The notes: generated from the letters alone by a model not told the origin. Positions 1-10,365 are shown, counted from the first letter of the stretch. The stretch is DNA of 64,000 nt from Candidatus Latescibacterota bacterium (GCA_965198115.1 OZ240241.1:1824001-1888000); one strand, 5' to 3'. Program-made: numbers and translations.

Positions 1-364
1 GCCAGTCGCGGTTCTGACTGGACCCCATGCCTCCCACGGTCGACCCGCCCAGGAGAATGACCCAGAAATCGTCGGCGCCCTTCTCTGGCATGGTGACGTC
101 TCCGGGAGCGACTCGAAAGCCAAGATCATTGTATTGCGACTGGAGCGTATGTTCCAGGAACCTCGGCCGGTTCGTCCAAACCGTGAAATCGCTGTCCGCC
201 CACCGCCCATTGCCCATGACTGAGAAATGGGTGTGGTAAGGGCTGAATCGGAGGTGACAGATTATCCGCGATGCCGCCTCGCCAAGCAGAGCGAACAGGA
301 GAAGCGGCAACAGAGACAGGATGGCACGTACCCATCGAGCGCGCTGGTTTAGGTTGAGTTTCAC
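1..364 (-). CDS. Partial (5' part) membrane-anchored SGNH/GDSL hydrolase-like protein
   Basis: Not in the ORF track. Manual translation from GTG at 364, overlapping the upstream TGA: hydrophobic anchor ILSLLPLLLFALLGE, then QYNDLGFR...KGADDFWVILLGGSTVGGMG, typical of SGNH proteins in glycan loci. Open to the window edge. Confidence 0.6.
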   Translation of the reverse strand, partial: MKLNLNQRARWVRAILSLLPLLLFALLGEAASRIICHLRFSPYHTHFSVMGNGRWADSDFTVWTNRPRFLEHTLQSQYNDLGFRVAPGDVTMPEKGADDFWVILLGGSTVGGMGSSQNRDW

Positions 365-1410
365 GTGGTCACACCACCCAGAATCTCTCTTATGAAAGTG
401 TGCCGGGGAGCGTCGCTACAGTGCCTGGATGTCCTCTCCTGAGACCTTTTCCTGAATGGTATGCAGGCGGCCTCCGCCACCGAACTGACCCAGACCAGAC
501 GCCCGGACGCGCACAATGAGCGATCGATAAGGCCGATGGACGCTCCCAGAATGGAGTAGGTTGGAATACCCAGGAGAGCGGCTTCCCGGTTCATCGTACC
601 TCCCGCCCCAACGACCAGGTCCGCATTCCAGATGAGATTGAGCCCATGAACGGCCCTGCGGAGAACGATGACACGTTGATCACCGCCGAATCTCTCAGAA
701 AGGCTAAGCCCTTGATCATCTGATCGAGGGGCAATGATCACTCGAACCGGATGGACTTCCAGTGCGGCCGTCAGGGCAGCTTCAAAGAGATCCCGAGACA
801 GCTGGCTGTGGTAATGAACGTGCGAGGCTGGGGGCCGCATAACCACAACGATCGCATCTGAAGGGATCGCCGCCCCGACGTCGGGCATGGAACCGGGCTG
901 GTAATCCGACAGGTAGATCTCTTCTTTGTACCCTTTGTAGTAGACGATCTTTTCCGCGGTTCCGGACTGCCTCAGGACCCGCAGGGAGCGTAGCGCGGCA
1001 GGGACAATGATTCGGTCAGGCAGGCTATGAACCAGCAGTTTGGAACTGTGCTCGTAGTCATAGGCCGTAACACACCTAACCCGCGCAAGATAGCTTGCCA
1101 GAATATGGCTTCTCGAACCGTGACTGACTCCTACGTCGGGCCGCACGTTCCTCGCCCATTGCAGCAACCGCAGGGCACGGATCAAAATGGCGGCAGCCTT
1201 TCTGATCCGTCCCGATACTTCTGCCGGGCCGATCACGTCGTGATCGATGCGCCAGGTGTCGAGCAGATCCAGGATCTGGCGCGAGGATCTCGCCGTCACG
1301 CGCACTTCGTGCCCCTTATTCCGCAGGGCCGGAATCAGCGGCCGGAAGATCATCACGTGGGGCGTGTTATCGATGTCGATCCAGACGCGCAACGTGACCT
1401 CGCTGAACAC
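361..1410 (-). CDS. DUF354-family GT-B-fold protein
   Basis: VWIDIDNTPHV...GHEVRVTAR at the N-terminus and DLVVGAGGTMNREAALLGIPTYS at the C-terminus. Confidence 0.8.
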   Translation of the reverse strand: MFSEVTLRVWIDIDNTPHVMIFRPLIPALRNKGHEVRVTARSSRQILDLLDTWRIDHDVIGPAEVSGRIRKAAAILIRALRLLQWARNVRPDVGVSHGSRSHILASYLARVRCVTAYDYEHSSKLLVHSLPDRIIVPAALRSLRVLRQSGTAEKIVYYKGYKEEIYLSDYQPGSMPDVGAAIPSDAIVVVMRPPASHVHYHSQLSRDLFEAALTAALEVHPVRVIIAPRSDDQGLSLSERFGGDQRVIVLRRAVHGLNLIWNADLVVGAGGTMNREAALLGIPTYSILGASIGLIDRSLCASGRLVWVSSVAEAACIPFRKRSQERTSRHCSDAPRHTFIREILGGVTT

Positions 1411-3270
1411 CTACTTGAGAAAGGCCGCCGACCACAGCTCCAGCGCCAGAAGGACGAACAGCTGGCGCTCACGGTCGAGCCGTCCGTCCGCGTGTTCGTC
1501 GAGCAACGATGCGACGTACCTACGATCGAGATGTGTCTGCATCTTCGAGTCGGGATCGAGCAGAACCTCGCGAGTGTAGGAATACAGCGAACTCCGAAAC
1601 CACGTCCCGGCTGGCGTCCCGAATCCCTTCTTCTTACGACGGATAATCTCCCGAGGCAAGCAGGCGTGTAACGCCCGTCTCAGAATCCGCTTTCGGCTCA
1701 ACCCGGAGATCTTGAACCTGGATGGAATGGACTCGACGAAGCCGACTAGGTCAACATCGAGGAAGGGGACCCTTACTTCCAGCGAGTGGGACATCGCCAG
1801 CTTGTCGCTGTAAAGCAACAGATCGTCAGGGAGCCAGACTCGGGTGTCCACGTAGAGCATCTGAGCCACAGCATCGAGATGGCTGACCCGGTCGAGTGTA
1901 GGCTCTATGCAAACCGTTACCCGATCGACGGGACCGTGTGATCCGCCGCGAAGCCGCATCAGATCCGCCCTCGGAAACACGGAATACGACTCGACGAACC
2001 GCTCCGCGGTCGACATCACCCCGATCGTTCGTGCTGCCCGCGGGATGGTCTCAGGGGCACCCGGAACGCAGGATAGCGCGCGGAGGAGACACATCTTCAG
2101 GGGGGCCGGCATCGACCTGAAATAGTATCCCAGGCTCTCTGCAGTGTGACGAAGATACCCCCCGAACGGCTCGTCCGCGCCCTGGCCACTCAGAACGACC
2201 TTCACGTGCTCGCTCGCCAAACCCGACAGATAGAAGTAGGGTACGATTGAGGTCGTGCCCAACGGTTCTTCGAGGTGCCACATCACTCGTGGCAGGAGAT
2301 CTCGAAACTCCACGTCGGAAATACGCAGATCGTGGTGGTCCGCGTTGAAGTACCGGGCGGTTCGCGCCGCTTCGTCCAGCTCGTTTGAAGGATCGTCGTC
2401 TTGGTACCCGACGGTGAAAGTTTTGACCCGTTCGTCCGTGTGCCGAACCATTCGGGAAAGGACGGCCGCGGAATCGAGTCCCCCACTGAGCATCAGTCCG
2501 ACCGGAACGTCGCTCACCATCTGTGCGTGCACCGCCGCATCCAGCCTTTCCAGCAGATCGCTGCACGTCTGCGACACGTCCCGTCCGTGACGGATGACCG
2601 GAACGCTGCTCCAGAACGCGCGGATCGACACCGACCCGTCGCTGAAGGTCAGGTAGTGACCCGGCGGCAGCTTCTTGACGTTCTGAAGCAGGGTATCGGG
2701 TGAGGGAACGTAGCGATACGTCAGATACCGGTCGAGCGCCTGCACGTCGAGATCGCGCCCTACCCGGGTGTCTTCCAGAAGCGCCTTGATCTCCGATGCG
2801 AAGACCAGACGCCGACCGATTCGGGCATAGTAGACCGGCTTGACACCGAAGTGATCTCGGGCGACGAAGAGTCGCTTCCGGGTACTGTCCCAGATCGCGA
2901 AGGCAAAGATGCCGTTGAATCGTCGAACGCAGTCCTCGCCCAGGAGTTCATAGGCCGCCAGAACGACCTCTGTGTCCGAGCGGGTCCGGAAGACGTAGCC
3001 CTTTCCCTTCAGCTCACGTCTCAGCTCCTGGTAGTTGTAGAGCTCACCGTTGTAGGTGATCGCCGCGTTCCCCGACGCGTTCAGCATGGGTTGCTGCCCA
3101 CCCTCAAGATCGATGATGCTCAGACGTCGATGCCCGAGAACAGCCCCTTCGTCGTGATAGTGTCCCGCGCCGTCTGGACCACGGTGCCCGAGCCGGTCGC
3201 ACATCGATGCAATCAGACCTTCGTCCTCAGCATCCGGTCCATCCGCGACCCATCCTGCAATACCGCACAT
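1411..3270 (-). CDS. asnB: Asparagine synthetase (glutamine-hydrolysing)-like amidotransferase
   Basis: True start MCGIAG at 3270 (TGATG overlap with upstream gene). Motifs HRGPD, LGHRRLSIID, YNGELYN, LSGGLDS, VVLSGQGADE, EVRVPFLD. Confidence 0.93.
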   Translation of the reverse strand: MCGIAGWVADGPDAEDEGLIASMCDRLGHRGPDGAGHYHDEGAVLGHRRLSIIDLEGGQQPMLNASGNAAITYNGELYNYQELRRELKGKGYVFRTRSDTEVVLAAYELLGEDCVRRFNGIFAFAIWDSTRKRLFVARDHFGVKPVYYARIGRRLVFASEIKALLEDTRVGRDLDVQALDRYLTYRYVPSPDTLLQNVKKLPPGHYLTFSDGSVSIRAFWSSVPVIRHGRDVSQTCSDLLERLDAAVHAQMVSDVPVGLMLSGGLDSAAVLSRMVRHTDERVKTFTVGYQDDDPSNELDEAARTARYFNADHHDLRISDVEFRDLLPRVMWHLEEPLGTTSIVPYFYLSGLASEHVKVVLSGQGADEPFGGYLRHTAESLGYYFRSMPAPLKMCLLRALSCVPGAPETIPRAARTIGVMSTAERFVESYSVFPRADLMRLRGGSHGPVDRVTVCIEPTLDRVSHLDAVAQMLYVDTRVWLPDDLLLYSDKLAMSHSLEVRVPFLDVDLVGFVESIPSRFKISGLSRKRILRRALHACLPREIIRRKKKGFGTPAGTWFRSSLYSYTREVLLDPDSKMQTHLDRRYVASLLDEHADGRLDRERQLFVLLALELWSAAFLK

Positions 3271-4955
3271 CAGTCTTTGACCACGAGAAAGCTGCCCAGC
3301 GCGAGATACCGAAGACCCGATCGCCGAAGCACGTCGATCGCGTCCTCGGGTGTTTCCACGATCGGGAAGCCGTGCAGGTTGAAGGACGTGTTCAGCACAC
3401 ATCCTCGTCCGGTCGATCCGTCGAAATACTCTATTAAACGATAGTAGTCGGGGTTCCAGGCTTCGTAGACCACTTGGGGTCTGACGGTTCCATCATACGG
3501 GTGCGACGCGGCGCGCCAGGAGGTTCCCACGTTTTTCGTGTCGAGCGCCAGGATCATGTACGGACACGACACCGATTTCGGGTTGACCAGGTGACGCTCG
3601 GCGGACGCCGGCAACATCGAAGGCGCGAACGGCATCCAGAAATCACGACTCTTCACCAGCTCGTTGATCTCTTTGACCACGTCTTCGCGTCCGGGATCGG
3701 CCAGAATGGATCGATTGCCCAGGGCGCGGGCACCGAATTCCGCTCGCCCTTTGAAACGTGCGACGACCTTTCCCTGTGAAAGCAACGTCGCTACGATCTG
3801 TTCGATATCGTCCGGCTGCTCCCAGCGGAACCCGTCCGACTTGTCCAGCGCACGCTCGATGGACGCGTCCGTAAACGATGCACCCAGGTAGAGATCGCGA
3901 AACGGCGGCAGGTTGTCGATCCCTGCAGCATCGGCATAGACCTTGTACGCCGCGCCGATCGCGTTCGTCTCGTCCCCACACGACGGAAACACATACAACG
4001 ACTCGACCTCCGGGAGCTCCAGGATGGCCTTGTTGGCTTTCACGTTCATGAAGACACCACCGCTCAGCGCGACGGTATGGATCCCGGTCGCTTCCACACA
4101 TTTCCGAACCCACGAGGTCAACACCTCCTCAACGAACCGCTGAAGCCCGCCGCAGATGGCGTCGAACCGCTTGAGCTCGAGCATTTCCTTGAAGAAAGGG
4201 TAGCTGTAGTAAGTTTCCGGACAGCCCCTCCGACGTCGCCAGACCGTGTCGGTCAGCTCGAACAGATCCATGAACTGGCAATATACCAACTCCGTCTGAT
4301 CGCCTTTGGCGTAGGGCGCCATCCCCATCAGCTTGTATTCGTGCTCGAGCGGCACCATCCCGAGTAGGAACGTGATGGCCGCATAGACGTTGCCGATCGA
4401 ATCGCCCTCGCGTACCTGCGACAGCCTTTCGATCCGGCCGGCACGCCCGATGTTCACGGTCGCACAGAGTCCGTCACCGGCGCCATCGTTGGTCAGGACC
4501 AGAACATCCTCATCGTAGTTGCCCAGACCGTGATACGCCGCGGCGGCGTGCGTCAGGTGATGGTCCAGGCACACGATGCTATCGGCGGCGAAGCCAAGCC
4601 GCTGGAGCTGACCGATCCGTTCCCTCTTTCGACGATTACGGTAGAGACCGTGCAGAAAGGTGTGTCTGAGAAGTCGTCGGACGCGGGTCTTCCGTGTTCC
4701 GGAGTTGGAGTACTCTCGAAGGAGGTCATCTCTCGTACGAGGCCGTGGCATGTGGTGGCTGCTCAGCGCGACCCGGTCAACATCCTCGACGGAGCATCCG
4801 GCGGCCTCTATAATCTGCATGATTGCCGCTTCCGGCATGCCAAACCAGTTCTTCGTCCGTTGCAGACGTTCTTCCTGAACCGCGTGCGTGATGACACCGT
4901 CCTCGCAAAGACAGGCGCTCGCATTATGACCGTCGTGGACTCCGAGAACACGCAT
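3270..4955 (-). CDS. Carbamoyltransferase (NodU/CmcH/TobZ family)
   Basis: GHNASA, QEERLQRTK, DHHLTHAA, EYKLMGMAPY, SGGVFMNVKAN, EFGARALGNRSILADP, LNTSFNLHG. Confidence 0.93.
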   Translation of the reverse strand: MRVLGVHDGHNASACLCEDGVITHAVQEERLQRTKNWFGMPEAAIMQIIEAAGCSVEDVDRVALSSHHMPRPRTRDDLLREYSNSGTRKTRVRRLLRHTFLHGLYRNRRKRERIGQLQRLGFAADSIVCLDHHLTHAAAAYHGLGNYDEDVLVLTNDGAGDGLCATVNIGRAGRIERLSQVREGDSIGNVYAAITFLLGMVPLEHEYKLMGMAPYAKGDQTELVYCQFMDLFELTDTVWRRRRGCPETYYSYPFFKEMLELKRFDAICGGLQRFVEEVLTSWVRKCVEATGIHTVALSGGVFMNVKANKAILELPEVESLYVFPSCGDETNAIGAAYKVYADAAGIDNLPPFRDLYLGASFTDASIERALDKSDGFRWEQPDDIEQIVATLLSQGKVVARFKGRAEFGARALGNRSILADPGREDVVKEINELVKSRDFWMPFAPSMLPASAERHLVNPKSVSCPYMILALDTKNVGTSWRAASHPYDGTVRPQVVYEAWNPDYYRLIEYFDGSTGRGCVLNTSFNLHGFPIVETPEDAIDVLRRSGLRYLALGSFLVVKD

Positions 4956-4961
4956 GCCGAG

Positions 4962-6875
4962 TCAGCCCGGAAGGTTTCTGAGGGCGCGTTCGTGCTGTCG
5001 ACACCAGAACTCCAACACAAGCATCTGCCAGATCTGCTGGCTGAAGTTTCTCCCGCCTCGTTGATGACGCTCGACGACTCGACGCCGAGATCCTCGATCA
5101 AGGATCCGGTCGCTAGCCACGTGGCCATCGAACAGTTCACGTTCCACGAACGTCGACAGCTCGTTCCGGAACCAAAGCTCGATCGGGATCCCGAATCCCA
5201 TCTTGGGTCGATCGACCACTGAGGACGGAACCAGCTTTCGCGCGATCTTCTTCAGAAGATACTTGGGGGTGGAGGTTCGGGTGCGCAGCGTCGTCGGCAG
5301 ACTGAAAGCGTATTCTACGAGCACGTGATCCAGAAGCGGAACGCGGACTTCGAGAGAGGCCAGCATACTGGCCCGATCGACCTTGGTCAGGATGTCGTCG
5401 ACCAGGTAGTAGTGGAGGTCCTGGTAGGTCACCCGGTCGATCGGGGACGCCGGATCGGGCAATTCCCCGAACGTGGGGCGATACCGGTCGCCAGGGGGTG
5501 GTCGGCAGGCCTCGGAGCAGTCATCGAAAAACCGCTCGAACCCTTGTGCATAAAGGTGCCCACGTTCCCACGACGGAAACATCGATGCGAGTTCGACGGA
5601 TCGCCGGGCCACATCGAACTGCATCAGACTCAGGCGCTTGTGGAGACGATTGTGCTCAGGGACAAGACGCGCCGCCATAGACCACAGACCGGACGGGACC
5701 CAATCGTAGCGGGTCGACTTCTCCAGCAATCCATAGCCTATGTATCCGGCGAAGAGTTCGTCCCCCCCGTCGCCCGACAGGCAGACCTTGACGTCGTTCC
5801 GGGCGTATTGCGACACGAGAAACGTCGGGATCGCAGACGAGTCGCCGAAGGGTTCGTCGTACTGACCCACCAGGCGTGGAAGGAGTTCTGTCGCATCGGG
5901 CGCAACAATCTCCTCGTGGTGGTCCGATCCGATATGTTTGGCGACACACCGGGCCTGGTCCGCCTCCGAATAGCTCGCCTCCTCGAAGCCGATCGAAAAG
6001 GTACTTACGGGCCCGGACTGGGCGGCAGTCGCAGCGACCAAGGAGGAATCGACGCCCCCGGACAGGAAGACACCCAGCGGAACGTCGCTCGCCAGACGCA
6101 GCTCGACGGATTCCGATATCAGCGACTGCAGGCGTTCAAGAGCGTCAGCCTCCGTGATCGTCGCGTCCTGCCTGACTGGAAGGTGCCAGTATCGACGTTC
6201 CTCCACGTCCACCTTGCCGTCCTCACCGATCTTTATTCTTAGAAGATGACCAGGTCTCACCTTGCGGACACCCTTGTAAGCCGTATATGGCGCGGGGATG
6301 TACTGGAACGCCAGGAAGTCGTCGATCGACTGCGGATCGAGGACAGGGTCGACAGCTTCGTCTTCAGCGAGAGACTTAAGTTCCGATGCGAAACGGAACC
6401 GCTTCCCGTCCTCCGCCAGCCAGTAATAGAGCGGCTTGATACCGATGCGATCCCGGACCAGCCACAGCGTGCGCGTCGAACCGTCGAACCAGCCGAAGGC
6501 GTACATGCCCCGAAGACGAGAGACTGCCTCGATCCCCCACCGGGAGAGCGCAGCCAGCAGCACGGTGGTATCCGACGTACCAACGAACTCTGCATCTTCG
6601 GAAACCAGCTCCGACCGTAAGAGCTTGTAGTTGTAGACCTCGCCGTTGAACGTCAACCACTGACGACCGTCCCGTGTGCCCATGGGCTGGTGGCCTGCCC
6701 TCGTCAGGTCGATGATCGTCAACCGGCGATGACCAAGCCATACCGTACGGTCGTCGGACTCCCACAGACCGGCGTCGTCCGGCCCGCGATGGGCCATCAG
6801 GTCCCGCAGTCGAATTTTCTCCGATCGCGAGGCCGGCGATGAGGCTGGATCAATGCCTCCAATGATGCCGCACAC
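4962..6875 (-). CDS. asnB: Second asparagine synthetase-like amidotransferase
   Basis: Start GTG at 6875 (MCGIIG) after a G-rich RBS. Motifs HRGPDD, LSGGVDSS, LSGDGGDELFAGY, KVDRASM. Confidence 0.93.
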   Translation of the reverse strand: MCGIIGGIDPASSPASRSEKIRLRDLMAHRGPDDAGLWESDDRTVWLGHRRLTIIDLTRAGHQPMGTRDGRQWLTFNGEVYNYKLLRSELVSEDAEFVGTSDTTVLLAALSRWGIEAVSRLRGMYAFGWFDGSTRTLWLVRDRIGIKPLYYWLAEDGKRFRFASELKSLAEDEAVDPVLDPQSIDDFLAFQYIPAPYTAYKGVRKVRPGHLLRIKIGEDGKVDVEERRYWHLPVRQDATITEADALERLQSLISESVELRLASDVPLGVFLSGGVDSSLVAATAAQSGPVSTFSIGFEEASYSEADQARCVAKHIGSDHHEEIVAPDATELLPRLVGQYDEPFGDSSAIPTFLVSQYARNDVKVCLSGDGGDELFAGYIGYGLLEKSTRYDWVPSGLWSMAARLVPEHNRLHKRLSLMQFDVARRSVELASMFPSWERGHLYAQGFERFFDDCSEACRPPPGDRYRPTFGELPDPASPIDRVTYQDLHYYLVDDILTKVDRASMLASLEVRVPLLDHVLVEYAFSLPTTLRTRTSTPKYLLKKIARKLVPSSVVDRPKMGFGIPIELWFRNELSTFVERELFDGHVASDRILDRGSRRRVVERHQRGGRNFSQQIWQMLVLEFWCRQHERALRNLPG

Positions 6876-6886
6876 GCTGTTCCCCC

Positions 6887-8428
6887 CTAGAGTGAAACGC
6901 CGCGTTCTCTGAGAATCCGTGTGCAGATTCCGGCCGTGAGCCAGAACGCGCCAATGAACGTGGGGCGCTCGAAGATGGTGTCCACCGCGCCCACGACCAG
7001 AACCGTCGGCACCAGAACCGCACACACGATCACCATCGATCGATCGAGCCCATGAAGATGCGTGCTCTCCAAAGCCCGAATGCAGGACAGGAAGATCCGC
7101 AGAAGAACCGCAGCAAAGAGGGCCGAGCCCAAGACGCCCGTCTCAACAAGAAGGCTTATGAGACTTGAGAACGGGGAGGCAAGCGTCGCGCTGGCCCACC
7201 TCAGGGTGGTGACGAATTTTTCGGCGTAGAGATCGACGAAGAACCTTCTGGCCGGTTCTGAAGTCATCGCCGGCACTGAGCTTCCCAGCCTGACCCTGTC
7301 CTTGTAGAGCGTGTCGTACGCTCTGCTGTTTGCCGCGCGCGTACCAACCGTCCCGGGACCTGTACCCGTGAGCAGACTACCGTATGCGTAGGGGATGTCC
7401 TCGAGGGCCCTCTGTAGAAACAGGAATTTATGGTTCAACCCCTCCCTGGATATCCAGATCTCGAAGTAGCTCTGACCGTAGCGTAGAGAGCCGGCCCAAA
7501 TCGTGGCTAGCCCCAACACCAGCGCGAACAGGCCCCCGATGCGGGGAACTCGATTTCCCAAGAGGGCCAACATACCGCGCCGGCCAAGCGCTGCACAGAG
7601 AGTCCCGAGGCAACCTATGGCGGCGGCGACGACGACGGCTTTGCTGCCCGTCACAAAGATCCCCAAAATCATCGCCCCCGACAGCAGTCGAGGAATCCGT
7701 GCACGGCGTATTCTCTTCGTCCCCAGATTGAGCACCGAGGGAAGAAGAGCGGCAATAAACAGAAGGCAGAGACCGTTCTGGTAACTCGTGGAGCCCACCA
7801 CGAAGTCTCCACCGGGGTAGATCAACAATCCCGCTTGCAGACCTCCGATCGATCGGTCCAAACCCGGCAGACTCTGGACTATGACAATCAGCAACTGAAA
7901 GGTTGCTATCTTCACGGCGAACTTCGCGACCGTCTCGCGAGCCCCTGGTCCGAACGGGCCGCCGGCAGGAAGAAAAAACAGCGAGCAGCTGCTGAAGAAT
8001 GTCAGGCAGAAGAAGGGAAACGCCAGGAAGTTGTGCTCGATGGTGAACTGGCTGACAAGCGAAGAAACGGCGCAGGCCAGGCAAAAGCCGACGAGCAGGC
8101 GTTGCGCGGAAGACGTCTTGATCGGACGGACAGCCGCCCACGCGGCCAGCCACGCCCCGATGAGTGAGAACACCACGAAGGCCACCTCTTCGTCGGGAAG
8201 CAGCATCACCGCAACCGCCAGGATCGCCAGTTCTTCCGTCCTTGACCGTACGAAGGTCACCACGCCGACGACAGCCACCGCGCCATAGGCCACGGCCGGT
8301 GGAACATCCAGAAGCGCGACCCCGACATAGAGGAGACCCCAAAGGATTGGGGACATCCAGAAGGGTAGCCGACGCGCCTCCGAGGAGGGAATGGCGGCCT
8401 CCTCCGCAACGCTAACTGCCGAAGACAT
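6887..8428 (-). CDS. Polytopic membrane protein, probable Wzy-like polymerase or O-antigen ligase
   Basis: Many hydrophobic segments, a large periplasmic loop with LTGTGPG followed by LLVETGVLG, and position inside a glycan locus. Confidence 0.6.
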   Translation of the reverse strand: MSSAVSVAEEAAIPSSEARRLPFWMSPILWGLLYVGVALLDVPPAVAYGAVAVVGVVTFVRSRTEELAILAVAVMLLPDEEVAFVVFSLIGAWLAAWAAVRPIKTSSAQRLLVGFCLACAVSSLVSQFTIEHNFLAFPFFCLTFFSSCSLFFLPAGGPFGPGARETVAKFAVKIATFQLLIVIVQSLPGLDRSIGGLQAGLLIYPGGDFVVGSTSYQNGLCLLFIAALLPSVLNLGTKRIRRARIPRLLSGAMILGIFVTGSKAVVVAAAIGCLGTLCAALGRRGMLALLGNRVPRIGGLFALVLGLATIWAGSLRYGQSYFEIWISREGLNHKFLFLQRALEDIPYAYGSLLTGTGPGTVGTRAANSRAYDTLYKDRVRLGSSVPAMTSEPARRFFVDLYAEKFVTTLRWASATLASPFSSLISLLVETGVLGSALFAAVLLRIFLSCIRALESTHLHGLDRSMVIVCAVLVPTVLVVGAVDTIFERPTFIGAFWLTAGICTRILRERGVSL

Positions 8429-9338
8429 AAATCTCGGAAACCGGAATGTGGGTGGCGCCTGACTTCTTGCGGAGCTTGACGTGGACCGAGAGGACGCCTG
8501 AGGCAGACCCCTTCACCGCACAGAGGAACACCCCTGAGTGCGTTCGTCCCCAGGGCTGCTGGCCGCTCCCGAACGGTACTGATTCGCCATCCGCGGTAAC
8601 GACATCGACCACAGCTTCGTCCACGGTGTAGTTGGGGTAGGGGCTGGGTACAGCAAGTATCACCTTATTGACCGACGTGGGAGCGGTTAGATGAAGGATG
8701 ATCCTCTTTTCGTCCTCGCCCCAGTCTCCCGACCAATAGACCGACTCCACATACGGATTCCCCGACCCGGTGAGCAGCCCATCGGTCAGTTCGGAGTAGA
8801 CCGTGCCCGTCGCCCCTGGGAAAAGAGCGGGTTCGCCGTCGGGGAACGCGATTGATGCAATCGTGGATGCATCCCGCGGCCCCTCGTAGTCAGGGTTCGC
8901 GCTGACCGAATGCTGCCCCAGATGGACCATCGGAAGCGATTCCAGGGGGTAGCCATCAGGGGACCCGACGCGCTTCCCATCTACCGTGAAGGTCGCCGTC
9001 GTGCCGTGGTCCCAGATGGGAAGGGCTCCGCTTTTGGGCTGCGGCAGGAACGGAAAACGGAAGTTCACGGGGTAAACGCCTCCGATCCGCAGGCCCTGAC
9101 TGTCTGCCCTGCGATGGTGCGCAGTTCGGAACCCATCAACATCTACCCCCAGTGTGAGAGGCGTGTTGCCGACCCGGTCGTTGACCCGCACGTGGGCGAC
9201 CACCTCGAGGGTGTCGCCGTAGGCAGCGGGGGCGAGATTCAGCTCGGCTCGGTCGAGGGTGAGACCCCGCACGGGCGTGCCGTCTTCAGCCACGGCAACG
9301 CTCCCAAGGAGGCAAACAAACAGGACGAGCAGGGTCAT
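8412..9338 (-). CDS. Secreted hypothetical protein, possible discoidin/CBM-like beta-sandwich C-terminus
   Basis: Signal peptide MTLLVLFVCLLGSVAVA. LTDG...YWSG...IILHLTAPTSVNKVIL...VSEIYVFG resembles F5/8 type C domains. Confidence 0.5.
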   Translation of the reverse strand: MTLLVLFVCLLGSVAVAEDGTPVRGLTLDRAELNLAPAAYGDTLEVVAHVRVNDRVGNTPLTLGVDVDGFRTAHHRRADSQGLRIGGVYPVNFRFPFLPQPKSGALPIWDHGTTATFTVDGKRVGSPDGYPLESLPMVHLGQHSVSANPDYEGPRDASTIASIAFPDGEPALFPGATGTVYSELTDGLLTGSGNPYVESVYWSGDWGEDEKRIILHLTAPTSVNKVILAVPSPYPNYTVDEAVVDVVTADGESVPFGSGQQPWGRTHSGVFLCAVKGSASGVLSVHVKLRKKSGATHIPVSEIYVFGS

Positions 9339-9342
9339 CGAT

Positions 9343-10365
9343 TCAGGCCCTTTGGAGGCAGGTTTCGTAGATGCCGATCAACCGCCTGGCGATGACGGTT
9401 TCGTCCAGGGGCTCTGCTCTGCGCAGGCGCGCGTCTACGTCAGGATCGTTCATCACATCCGCGATCGCATCGGCGAACGCAGTGGGATCTCGTTTTACAA
9501 TCCGGCATCCGGGGAGCTCGGCAAGCTGGTGTCCGACGTCTCCCACCTCAACCGAAACCACGGGCCTTCCGCAGGCGAGGGCCTCCTTGATCACATTGGG
9601 GGACCCTTCACGATGCGAGGCGAACACCACGGCATCGGCCGCGTTCATGTAATAAGGTACCTTCTCCGCATTGACCCCAGTCAGTGCCAGAACGCGCACC
9701 GTCGTCCCCTTCTCGCGCAGGACGTCCACGGCGTCCGAGACCAGGTCGAAGCCCTTGTTCGGATCGTCGGGATTGCCGGGAAACAGCAGAACGGGCTGCT
9801 CGCCTGCGATTCCGAGGAACGCGCGCGCGTGCTGTGCCGCCATAGGTTTGAACAGATTCGTATTGACCCCGTTGGGAAGGACGACCGACTTGGGCCGGGA
9901 ATAATCCGGCAGCAGCAGCTCGAGATGGTGTGATTTCACGATCACCCGAGACGCCCTTCTCAGTGCCATCCTGACTGCGAGCCTTCGAAGCAGGTCGAGG
10001 GCCCCGCCCCTGCTGCCGGCCCCACCGAGTTCGTCCTCACCACAAACGGACACGACCAACGGAATCCGGCGGGTATTGGTCGCGGCATATAGAAACCCCA
10101 CGTAACTGTGGTGAGCGTGCACGATGTCTGGCGGCCTGACACCGAGCGCACGCCGGATCGCTCGCCAACCCGTCAGATACGCCGTCCTCGTCTTCTTTCC
10201 GTCGACAAACAGGAGGTCCGCCTCTGTACCCAGACACCGAAGCGAATCGATTTGACGTCTGACGAATATTCCGAACGAAGGACGACACGGATCGGGCAGC
10301 ATGTTCGTAATGTGCATAACGAAAAGGGGCCGCATCACTGCTCCATTCCAGTGTCCCACCGTCAA
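9343..10365 (-). CDS. Family 4 glycosyltransferase (TuaC-like)
   Basis: GIFVRRQI, PNGVN, NKGF, EGSPNVIKEALACGRPVVS. Confidence 0.9.
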   Translation of the reverse strand: MTVGHWNGAVMRPLFVMHITNMLPDPCRPSFGIFVRRQIDSLRCLGTEADLLFVDGKKTRTAYLTGWRAIRRALGVRPPDIVHAHHSYVGFLYAATNTRRIPLVVSVCGEDELGGAGSRGGALDLLRRLAVRMALRRASRVIVKSHHLELLLPDYSRPKSVVLPNGVNTNLFKPMAAQHARAFLGIAGEQPVLLFPGNPDDPNKGFDLVSDAVDVLREKGTTVRVLALTGVNAEKVPYYMNAADAVVFASHREGSPNVIKEALACGRPVVSVEVGDVGHQLAELPGCRIVKRDPTAFADAIADVMNDPDVDARLRRAEPLDETVIARRLIGIYETCLQRA

